A stretch of 64,000 bases of DNA, from assembly GCF_009914755.1 (NCBI RefSeq), contig NC_060926.1. One strand, written 5' to 3'. The translations under genes were made by a program, and so were the position numbers. This document shows positions 39,873 to 51,885 of this stretch, in pieces; the first letter of the stretch is position 1; every line of letters starts with the position of its first letter. The DNA comes from the human T2T-CHM13v2.0 reference genome, Homo sapiens. The notes under the pieces were generated by a model. That model did not search any database, had not been told where the DNA came from, and saw only the letters and a program-made list of their open reading frames with translations.

Positions 39873-40305
39873 TGTGGCAGTGACTGCTAGCTGTCCTCCA
39901 ATGCATGCTGCCCCTGCCACGGTATGGAAATGTCACTGTGAGGCAGCTGTCATGCTAGGAGCTGCATTTCCCAGCTCCCCCCTTGCATTTGTGTGTGGCC
40001 ACTCTTGCATTTAGATGTGTTCCCACACTTCCTAAAGGAATGTGTATGGAAGTGAGTGTTTTCATCTCCACTCTTCTTTTCTCCTTCAGCCAGCTGGAAG
40101 CAGAAGACTCCAAAGTCTTAGGCAATGGTGGAGCCTGGAGCTAAAACATATCTGGATCCCTGAACCGCCATTTGGAGGAACGTCATCTGCCAATCAGGAG
40201 CAACCAAAGTAGATTGTTCCACAGATTAGAAATAAACCTATTGAGTTAAGCCATTGAAATCTGAACAGTATGTATCAAAAGCTAGAGTTACTTTAACCAA
40301 TACAC
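39873..40305 (+). mobile_element. MLT1 (G/H-like) 3' LTR
   Basis: tgtggcagtgactgctagctgtcctcca..gcatttcccagctccccc..agaaataaacctattgagttaagccattgaaat..ctttaaccaataca. Confidence 0.75.
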
Positions 40306-41538
40306 TAACAGACTATTTGAAGCAATGTTCTCGAATTTCTGCGTTTATGGCATACTTTCAAATGTGAGAATTTTTGCCGGCACAATTTAAGGGACCACAT
40401 TCCACACAAAAGATCACACTACTCACTTCAGCATTGTGTTACTGCCTGAGTGCATCAATTTACTTGTCTTTTACATATAAAGGAAGCAAAATTCCCGCAT
40501 TTGTGGAGAGCATGTGATCTCCCTGTGGCATAGATGTGTAATGATGCTATCACTCTCGCAACACATTCTACCGCAGCTACACTGGGTCATGCGACCCATT
40601 CAGCTCATCATCCCATTCCTGTCCCCACCAGACTGGGTTGTCACAAAAGTTAATTTTACCCACTGCTCAATATTCTGGCTGCTCACATGTAAGGGTTCAC
40701 AATTCCCTCTCTAGTATCCCCAGGGCACACTGGTGGAGAACTACTGGTTCAAAGGTTGGAAATACTAGAGTACAAAATACATTAGCCCCCATGAGTTTCT
40801 CCAAGTCCAGGGAGACAGGGTCTCAATGAATAATTTCAGCTAGGTTAATTCTAGCTTTCACTCACACAGAAAAGTATTTCTGCAAAGGTCAAACTTGACC
40901 TTATGGCTCAAGGTGAAGAGGGGCTGAAATTTCTATTTCTATTTCAGAATATTAGGCGCCCCTGGATTGAAGGAGGTGGAAATTCACGACGACGCTGACA
41001 GCTAAAATGAAACAGACAGCAGCCTGTGGTAGTGCAAGTATAAAATCAACAAACGTCAAAAGGTGAATTTAAAAAACACCAAATGCATCAATAACTAAAT
41101 ACATACATACTAGGAATCAAACCATACGTGGAACTCACAGTCCGCATTAACATGACTTCATCTTTCCAGGATATTCTTGCCCAGGAAGGTAAAAGTTGTT
41201 CAAAGCAACAACTTTCTGAAAGTGTCACAACTTTCAAATAGAAAGCATCAAATGGCAGTTTATACTCTAAGACCCTTGAAACCCTTCTCAAACTCTTCAA
41301 ACACCTTGCTGTGGCTACCCATTTTAAACTATTAGATCATGATTCTTACCCAGTCCTAATGAAGCTTCCACATTGAAACGTCTACCTTAAATCAGGTTGC
41401 AAAGTGGCGGTAAATATTCCAACTTCGCTCTTCCCGCAATGAGACGTGTCCAAATTCTGTCAAGCTGGGGCTCGCTTATCATGAACTAAATGTTTATATC
41501 CCCTTCAAATGCATATGTTGAAGCCTAAACCTAAATGA

Positions 41539-42003
<465 letters not shown>

Positions 42004-43962
42004 AGTGCTCTTTTAAGAAGAAATAGGGGAGCACTTGCTTCCTCTCACTCTGCCCTCTGCCATGTGAGGACACAATGAGAAGAAGGCCATCTGCAAGCCC
42101 AGAAGAAGATGCTTAGCAGAAACTGGATCTGCTGAGCACCTTGATCTTGGACTTTGCAGCCTTCAGAATTGTGAGAAAAAAGTTTGCTGTTTAAGCCACC
42201 CGGTCTACAATATGTGTGTTATAGCAGCCTGAACTAAGACACACAGTAAGAATAAACTCAGCTTTGCACATCAACAGTTTGTTGTGGTGATATTGGGGGG
42301 AGCCAGCATTTGATAACCCATATGTACATATATTCTGGTCCTGTTTCCTTAATTAAATCACTGGGTATCCTAGGGACAGTATCTTAACCTCTCTGTTTAC
42401 TCACACTAAATCTGAGATGCTAGATAAACACATCCCCCTTGCTATTTCAGACAAGTCTAAGCATGACATACTATGGCTTGAAGCAAAAAATTAATAATAA
42501 TAACCCTTCAGTATCACAGACATCTTTATCAGTGAGACCAGTCACTAAATCCTTTGAGGATTCTTGTAAACATCACTACAAAACAGAAATATGCATTCAC
42601 TCTGTCAACTAGGAAACAAAAACCACTTAAACAGAGAAAGAGTCAAAATTGGGAAGAGGTTTGGAGAACAGGGAATAAAAAATGAAGAGTTATGTTAAGA
42701 TGAGAAATCTAAAATATTACCAGTAGAGTGAGAGAACCTTTTCAACAGTTTTATAAACTGAGCAATCATTTTTCTTCCCCATGGCCAGCATATTGAAGCT
42801 AATGGTAAAAGCATTAATTTATCATGAGATTTTTAAAGATCTCTCTTGTCAGTAATGAAATAAACACATGATGGGTAGCCAGACAGTTATTGTTTATAGG
42901 AAGGTTATTACAATAATTAAGATTAATAGCAATTACTTGTCATGTTTGTGGATTTTTTTTTCCTTGGGAAATAACTGTAGCCATATTAAATAACTAATTA
43001 ACACATCTCCATGTCTGGCTAAGACTGCATGGATTCACAAGTTCTCCCATATTCTCTAGTACTCCATAGCCAAATAAATAAATCAGCACTGTAAAACAAC
43101 CAGCTCACATTTTGAAAGGAAATTTCAAAATTAAACCAGTTACCAGATCAGTGATGAGGGCCTAACATAAATGGGGATCTAACATCAAGACTTTCTCCTA
43201 TTCATGTTCTTTGGAACCTTGGTAAACCCACTGATGGCTGACAAAACGTAGATCCCAGATCTCATTGCCTGTTTGCGTGTTTCTGTGTACGTACATAAAT
43301 AAATATATATCTTGAGTGTTATATATCTTATATAATAACCTGGATAATTTTATCTTCACACAAAATGAGATTTTTTACTCTTCAGTCACAGAACTATAAG
43401 AGAAATCTTAACGCCTCAAGTATTAAAGCCTTAAAGCTATTTTTATTGAACGTTTTTCAGAGCAGCATGAAAATGGATAGGAAAGAAATGTTTCCTCATA
43501 TTAGAATTCTATTTTTTTTTAAAGGGGGCCTTACCACTTACACAGCTTAATATTGAGGGAGGAAACGGAGGTCAAGGAAATCACTTATCCTCTCCCAAAG
43601 AACGCAGTGGGCCCCTTCCAGGAAACACTTGAGGCCCTGTGTGGTGTCTTCACGAGGTAGGTAGAGAAGCAGGCAGGGCCTGACTGTTGCTGAACAAAAG
43701 CAGATCATGTTTGCAAATGAAGAAAGACTTGGTGGAATAGGGAGAGGAAGCACCTGTTCACTCCCAGATAACCCCTTCCTAAAACCGCAGGCCCACAGCT
43801 AAATCAGCACCGCGGGCAGGAAAGCGGCCATTGGCCAAGGCTGGAGACAAACTGGATAGTGCGGACCCCTGTGGTCCAGGGCAGGCTCTGCCCCTCCTCA
43901 CCTGGCCCTAACATACCTACTTGCCCTAACATACCTCCTTTCTATTCTCCATCCCCCGCCCC

Positions 43963-44010
43963 CACACACACACACAGACAGAGAGAGAGAGAGAAAGAGA
44001 GAAAGAGACA
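43963..44010. repeat. (CA)n-(GA)n compound microsatellite
   Basis: cacacacacacacagacagagagagagagagaaagagagaaagagaca. Confidence 0.9.
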
Positions 44011-45029
44011 GCCATCCCCTGCAAAAGTACGTAGACTTCCACTTCTCCCTGAACCCTCATTTTCAAACTAGTCAATTATATTCATTCCACAATAGAAGTA
44101 TGTTTATGTAGACAGGAGGAGGCGAGGAAGGAAAGATGGAAAGAAAATAAAGGGTATTTACTGAGCCTGCTTCAAACGAGGCTCAGGGCTTGGGCTCCAG
44201 GCTCAGACGAAGATGTTAAAGACACAGCCCCTGACCATCAAGATGCCAACATGGAGTGGATGGATAGATGCTGTAAGAGAACTGCCTTCTCAGCAAGACA
44301 ACACCTAGCACTTTGCAAGTTCTGCTCCAAGAAAGACTCTTGAGAGGGGGCTCGTGTGAAGGGGCAGACCATCCGCCAACTTTGCCTTCCTCAAGGGTCC
44401 CTCACTCTGGCCACATCACCCTTGAGCCCCCAAAGCTGCTGGTGTCACCAGGATAGGCAAACACTCTCTCCTTGGCTTCTCCAAGCCCAGCTGAAACAGG
44501 CTGGAATTTGCAAAACAACTCCGCTATACGCTGGAACAAAGGGAAGTAAATATGGAGGGAGAGAATGGGAACCTAAGACGGAAAAGCTCACACACCCCAG
44601 CAATCAGACCCCCTGGTAACTCACTCCCAGGTCACCTCTGAGCCACTCCCACTCTCTAACCTCAACCCAGTGCACCTCAATACACAGCCTTGACTGGGCT
44701 TCTGCTCCCGGTTCCTGGCCTGCCTTCTCCTGGCCTGAACCATCTTGCTTCCCAACCTCTTCATGCTCTTGATTCTTTCAACCCCAAGGCCAGAGCAACC
44801 CTCAGTCTGTGAGCTACTTAAGGATCCCATGTGCTTTGAGCATTTCACCACACAGAATCATGATGGGCAAGAGGTATGATTTCCACTTAGGATAAAGCCC
44901 ACCCATTACGTACAGGGGATGGCCTGGTTCCCGAAGGGCCACACTGTCCTAGAGCCTTAACCAGCACCCACCCTGGAGAAACAGACAGGCAAGGAAGCAG
45001 GGTTCATTTCCAGCTTCATACGCCCAACA

Positions 45030-45700
45030 CGGCAAAATGAAACAAGTGAATGGCCCTGGAGCTCAGAGAAAGGAGAACCTTCTGGGAGGAGCCAACATTT
45101 GAGCCTGCTTTAGGCCCAAGAAGGATTTCTATAGGCAGAGATAAATGGGAAGGGTGGCAAATAAGAGAGAGAGAAAGAAGTATGAACAGAGGAATGGTGA
45201 TAGAAAGGTCAGAGGTGTTAACAAGTTTAAGGGTCCAGAAGGAAAAAGAAATTCCAGCATGCTGCATAGAACACAGAAAGAGTGAAGATGGAACACCTTC
45301 TAAAACCAGGGTGAGTTTGTCATGGAATTAAGTACTGAGGCCTCCAGGGTGGCTCACGGGTATGGACCGACACGCCTGCCGTGAGGCTCCTCAAGGAGGC
45401 GGGGGAGGTTCATGTGCAGTTGGGTACTGAGAACAGGTGCTCAGAGGAGAGTATGAGCATGAGATGAGGAGCTGCATGTCAGCAACACAGGGTGGCAGCT
45501 GTGACTGGGAGAACTGGTGAGGTCACCAGGCAGAGTGTGCAGAGGGAGATGGGTATTAAGCAGAGGACAGAACCCTGGAGAACCCTCATTTACAAGAAGC
45601 AGGCTGAGCAGGTGATGAAGGACTGGGAGAATGAACAGTGGAAGTAGGAGGAAAGCCAGAAGGCTGAGGAGCTCAGAGAGATGGAAGGAGAAAACTCAAC
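45030..45700 (-). mobile_element. L2 fragments
   Basis: accttctgggaggagccaacatttgagcctg..gaggtcaccaggcagagtgtgcagagggaga..gaggacagaaccctggagaaccc. Confidence 0.65.
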
Positions 45701-45729
45701 AAGAAGTTCCACTTGGATGCAACTGGTTC

Positions 45730-46040
45730 CAGTGCCTCCCCCAATCTATCCGCCAATCTGACATTGCATTAATCCTCTGAAAGTGCTGTGTGACCATGAC
45801 ATCAATCTACTGTGAATGCCTCAAAAGACAACCCACCTAGACTCTCCACTTTAGACTCTAGCATTAAGGTTCCCCATGAACTGAGTCTTGCAAAACTCTC
45901 CCCCTCCATCCTGTCACTGCTCCCACACAGACTGCTCTAGTGAAATCATACTATCCTTTTTCCTCGACATTCCCCTTACTTTCTTGCTGCCGTTCTTTTG
46001 TTCATGCTGTTCCATCTTCTGCAATGCCTTTCCTGCCTGA
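45730..46040 (+). mobile_element. L2 fragment
   Basis: tgaccatgacatcaatctact..ctctagcattaaggttccccatg..ttttgttcatgctgttccatcttctgcaatgccttt. Confidence 0.6.
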
Positions 46041-48514
46041 CAGTCTTGCCTACGAGAGAAGTCAGCAAGCATGCTCCCTTAGGTTTGTCTTATGACTCCA
46101 TCAATACTTAAGTCACCCAGAAGCCAACAGGCAAGTACACTATATCATGATGGGGACAGGCATGGCCAGATGGACCAGCCTTTTCTCTGATCACCTTGGT
46201 TAGATATTGGCCAGTTGATGGCCAGTCGCTAGGACATGAGCTAACACAGCCAGCTGGACACATAGAGATGTGAGCAGATGAGCTCATGCCCTACAACCAT
46301 GGTAATCTATGTGTTTGTTGCAGCCCCAGAACAATGGTTCCCCAGCAGCTTTAAAAAATCCTGTTGGCTGCTCTCTGGGTCTTCGTTGTCTCTTTGGGTG
46401 GAAGAAGCCTATTTGGCATCTGCAGGAGCTGGCTCAGGGCTGCTTGGGCTATTGCCTGGAGAAATCAGAGCCCTCCTGCAGAATGCTTGGAGATCTCCCA
46501 AGGTGAGGCCCAGCATCCGAATTAATAAAAAGCAAGTATGACTGCATTGCTCTGGACTCTGTCACAGCCTGGGAATCCTTATCAAACAAACACCAGCGTG
46601 GGAGGAGAGGTCACTGTGGATATCCCAGTGCTAACATTCAAACGTTAATAACTTTACCGCGTAGATTAATTTTAAATGTCAGGCCATGTTGCTGTGTAAA
46701 GCTAAGGAGCTCGGGAAATAACGCACATTTTCAGACTTCCTGACAACACCAGCACATCTCGTATCTGGTTGCTCGTGGAGTGGGCAGGATCAGAGGAAAG
46801 GAGGGCGTTTCTTTAACAGTTGCTACTCCTGCAATGCAAACACGAGGAATAAACGGCGTCGGAACACGTCGACTGCCTGGTTTCTCAACCGGGAAAATGG
46901 CCGAACTGACAGTAATGAGATTTCACACGGAACCACAAGGCAGTGCAAGGTCTGAGACCTTGCCCAGAATATCAGGTTCCAAGCCCAAACAAATGCATGT
47001 AACCTGGTTAAGAACCCCTGGAAAATGGCATTTGTAATGGAAACACTGGTAACGCACAGCTGCTGATCCCGCCCGGGTTCAGGAGGCAGAGCTGGGTCGG
47101 GGCTGCTGGGGGATGTTCAGCACAAGGAGGGGGAAGAAAAAAAGGGGGCAGCCCTAGCCCAGGAAAAGGCTTGAAAGGAAAATGGATGCAAAGCAGAGAC
47201 TGCAGAGGAACAGGGAGGAAGGAACAGATGCTACACACAAAACCCACCCAGGGCTGCCAGGATTGCAATTAAAAATTCACATATTTTGGACTGAAATTCT
47301 CATATTTTAAGAGAACTTGGGCAAAACCCTCCTTCCACCAATATTAGCAATGCAAAACCGGCAGTCAAGACAGACCCAAATTATCATCCATTTTGCAAAA
47401 AGGATGAAAATTGTATAGCTGGGAGTCCAAAATCCTTCCATGAAAACAATCATTAGAGCGCACCTGGCAGCCCTTGGCCCCACCCCCTGGTCTCCAGGGA
47501 CCCAGGACAAAGCCTGCTCCCCACAGGGCACTGGGACCCAGATCTGGGACAGTCGAGGTGGCCACCAGTCACCAGGCGTTCTCAGGATTCTCTTTCAGTT
47601 TGAGAGGCCACCCTTATTTGGATAAACATGCGTACCGAATTCAAGAGGCACTAATACCACGGTGCGATGAAGTGAAAAGGCAAACACGCGGAGTGCCAGA
47701 TCTCCCAACACAAACATGGTCCCAAGCCTGGCGCACCTGGATTGGGCTTGGGATTTTTAAGCCAACAAATGGGGTGGGAGACAGGGAAAGAGAGGGCCGG
47801 GAAGAAAAACCACAGGCTCCCAGAATCCAAAGGAAAGTGGCATCCTCACCCGATGAGCAGGGTCTGGCACAGGGCTGAGCACATGACAGCCAGTAAGTCT
47901 CTGCTGAAGGATGCCTGAAATCTGCGCGGTTCTACCACCGAAACTAATCCCGACTATGTCTCCCGCCTCCTCCCTACAGTCATTCTCCCTACTCCAGCCT
48001 TCTTCCTCCGTGCCTCCAGAGTGATCTTCCATAAATACCCATCTCATTATGTCACTGCCATGCTTAAAAGCCTCAAGTGGCCACCATTACAAACAGAATT
48101 AACTTCCAGCTCCGGCCAGGCTCTCTGGGGACTGGTTGGAGGTGGCAGCCCCCACAGGGCAGGCTAGCACAGAAAAGGTAGGGAAGCACGATGCCCAATG
48201 AGGGGGAAACAGTCTTATCAAATAATAAAAATACATTTACACACATAAATATTGTAGTTAGTAAAGGAATATGAATGCAAGTGTAATATGAATATAAATG
48301 GATTCTGAATTCCAGGTGGCCCATGGTAAGGCCCAGCTGGAGTCCTTTAATCACAGGATTCAAGAGGGGATGGGCCTTAGCAATACTCATATACCTGACG
48401 CAAAGACCAGGGGCTGCTGTGATGGCGTCGGGATTGCCAGCAAGTGCCTCTCTCTCTCACCAGATTGTCAGGGCTTCCAAGGAGTAGCTGAGCCCTAAGG
48501 CGAGTGGAGGCTTC

Positions 48515-48740
48515 TGTGTGTTGGCTCTGAGCTCATACATCTTAAGTTCAAACTCAGCCTACCCCTTCCCATTTGTAAGAACTCGGGCAAGTCACATAAT
48601 CTCTCTGAGCCTCAGTTTCCTCACCTGCAAAATGGGATCATAATAGCACCTACTTCATAGGTTTGTTGGCAGATATCAAGGAGATAATCTACATAATGTT
48701 TTTAGTTCACTGCTACAAGACTCAATGTTCTTTATTGTTT
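48515..48740 (+). mobile_element. MIR (MIRb-like)
   Basis: gggcaagtcacataatctctctgagcctcagtttcctcacctgcaaaatgggatcataatagcacctacttcatagg. Confidence 0.92.
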
Positions 48741-48749
48741 TTAGAAATG

Positions 48750-48884
48750 CCCCTCAGCTATACGGGAGGCTAAGATTAGAGGATCACCTAAGTCTGGGAG
48801 ATCAAGGTGGCAGTGAGCCATGATCACACCACCACCACACTCCAGCCTGGGGGACAGAGTGGAGACCCTTTCTTGAAAAAAAAA
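48750..48884 (+). mobile_element. AluJ/FRAM-type right-arm fragment
   Basis: cagctatacgggaggctaag..gaggatcacctaagtctgggagatcaaggtggcagtgagccatgatcacacc..actccagcctgggggacagag, then A-tail. Confidence 0.88.
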
Positions 48885-48893
48885 GCGGGGGGG

Positions 48894-49080
48894 AGAAAGA
48901 AAGAAAGAAAGAAAGGAAGTCAGAGATAAAGAAAAAGGAAGGAAGGAAGGAGGGAGGGAGGGAAGAAGGGAAGGAAGGAAGGAAGGAGGGAGGGAGGGAG
49001 GGAAGAAGGGAAGGAAGGAAGGAAGGAAGGAAGGAAGGAAGGAAGGAAGGAAGGAAGGAAGGTAGGAAGGAAGGAGAAAA
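48894..49080. repeat. (GAAA)/(GGAG)/(GGAA)n polypurine microsatellite
   Basis: 13 consecutive GGAA at 49009-49060 within a longer purine tract. Confidence 0.97.
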
Positions 49081-50499
49081 GATAAATAGGAGACCAAGAT
49101 CAAAAAGAGGAAAATCTCACCCAAGGTCACCTGGTCAACCGGTGACACAGCTAGGGCCACAACTCAGCTCCAGATTCCCCACACCAGATTCCTTCCCTTT
49201 GCTGCAAAGCCAGAGGCAGAAACATTACATCAGGAGCCAGAAGAAAATCAACCTAAATGGGCCATTAGGACCAGTCACTTCCCTCTACATCGAGCCTTTG
49301 GGGGATGTTATGGGTGATCAATATAATAAATAATGTTGCAGAGTCTGAGGCACCTCTCAAGGGAGCATCTTGGAAGCCAAGAAAAGAAAGAGATTGAGAT
49401 CATAACAAGAGATTCAGCTGAAAACCACAATCTCTGAGCATTGGTGAGTTTCTCCCTTGCCTCACTTACCTTACTCTATGCCAGACACAAGGGGACAGAG
49501 GAAGGTGCCAAAACAGAGGGCAGGTAACCTAGGGGCTTCAGGTTTTGTTATTCAAAGTTTTTGTTATCCCAGGTACACCTACCAGTCATGCTGCAATGCA
49601 CAGGCATGGCTCACAGGTAATAGGGGCAGGCTTTGGGAATCTCTGCCCTTTCTTCTCTCTAGGAGGAAACTTAAATGCCTGAAAAAAAAATTCACAAAGC
49701 CCAGGTGCACCCTCAGTAGCAGCTCCCAACCCTGGGGTACTCACCAGCTCCCCAACATTCAGAACCTGTCCTGAATAAATGTTTCTCTGGTTCCCTAGAA
49801 TAACTCTGGGTTCAAAGGGCATAGTTTAAACTTACAGAACCAGTTCGGAGAGACAAAGAAGTGTCCTCTGGGAATCCCTAGAAAATCAAGGAACTGGCCA
49901 ATGTACCAAAATCAGAAGTCCCCATTCCTTTCCTGGATTCCAGTGCAAGTTATGGCCATGACCTCAGGGTGCATAATAACAAAGGTTCTGAGACACTGAG
50001 GTCACAGACCCACAGACGAGTCAGGAGTTACTGGAAGGGAAATGGTTGAACCAGACACGTTTGAGTGTTTCACGCTAATGTACATATTCATGGTGTACAC
50101 AAGAATTGCTCTGAGGGCCATGTCTGGTGAAGGATGAATATATTGTAAGCTTGGACTTCAATCAGCAGCTTACTTATGTGCAGGTGTTCATCCTGTGAAC
50201 ACAGAGCTTTGCCATATCACACCAACCAGCAGAGAAGTCCAGTACCAAAGAGGACAGATCACGGCTATGTGCGGAGAGGACTCCAGGGATGCCAAGCTTC
50301 TTGGCAATATAATGACAAAGATTTGGTACCAAAAAGACCTCTGAGCAAGCATAGATTCAGGGACAGAGAATTTTCCCTGGGTCAAAATGCTAAAATCCAG
50401 AGCTGAGCGGATGACGACTGCACAAGAGAAATCATGAATCTTAACTGAACCAGCAGAGATTTTTATTTAAGTGAGAAGGAATTAGAAATGAGTAGCAAG

Positions 50500-50833
<334 letters not shown>

Positions 50834-51789
50834 TTATCATTTGCTATATTAATCATGCTAATATTTCCTGTTTGGTAATCACTTATAGTTCTTTCTCACT
50901 GCACACTTCTCAACTAATCTCTACCAATACCTTCATTGAAAGCATTCCTCCACATACTGCTATTGACAAACCTGTGGCTTGGGTGAGCCCTGATACCACT
51001 TCAGGATACTGTCTCCAGGCAGGGCAAAGCCCATACACAGCCTCCGTAGAGAAGCCACTTTAGCATGGTGGCTGCTGTCTGAGAGCTCTCCATTACCCAC
51101 TCACCAGGTGCCTGCTCACACATCCGTGAGCACTCGACAGTGATGATAACCAAAGATGCCGCCTGGGAGAAACCCTCCCCACATCTTATCTCAGGCCTCC
51201 TACCCCTCTACAGAGCACCTAATGCACCATGAACTAGATTCCCTGCAATTTCCATCCCATACCTGTCGGAGGAAACATGCCAGCATCCCAGGAAGCAGAG
51301 CAAGCCAGGGAGCTGGGAACAAGAGGCAGAACTTAAAGCATTGGGTTTCTTTTGTTATTCTCCAGAATATAAAAAGCTTCATCCCTCTGAAATACCATCT
51401 TCCAAAAGCATCAGCAAGAAAGCTCTAGGGTGGTTTGGTTTGTGACTGAGACTGTGTGTGCCTGTGTGTGGCGGTGTTCAGCGCCTGCTTTGTGCCATTC
51501 TTCTGTGACTGTGGGGCCTGCCAGAGGGTGCACCTGCCCCTGCTCCTCTGCTTCTCGTCATTGGGTTGGAGCCTTTGCCTCTGAGCCTGTGTTCTGAGCC
51601 TAGAGCTGTCCAAGACTGACTGTATCTGTGACCCATCCTGTGATTTCCCAGGTCCACAGCTATGTCTGTGCATAATTACTGCCTGTTCCTGGAATGGTGA
51701 TTGTTTGATTATACTTGTGGTTGTTTCTATTTTCACTGTCCTGGTGAATGTTTCCTGCCATGGTAATTATACCTGTCTATGGGAGTGAC

Positions 51790-51885
51790 AGTCAGAATAT
51801 TTAACAACTGATCCAGCACTAACCAATCCAAACAGATGGCCGCTGTGAACTGGTGTGGATACACTGGGGCATTTCCACTGGTTCA
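51790..51885. mobile_element. Possible short hAT-type MITE
   Basis: cagaatatttaacaactg..accaatccaaacagatggccgctgtgaactggt resembles a short MER element I recall but cannot name. Confidence 0.4.

Noticed and set aside
48741-49160. 139-aa ORF with (PSFL)n repeats
   Set aside because: Antisense translation of the GGAA microsatellite plus an Alu arm.
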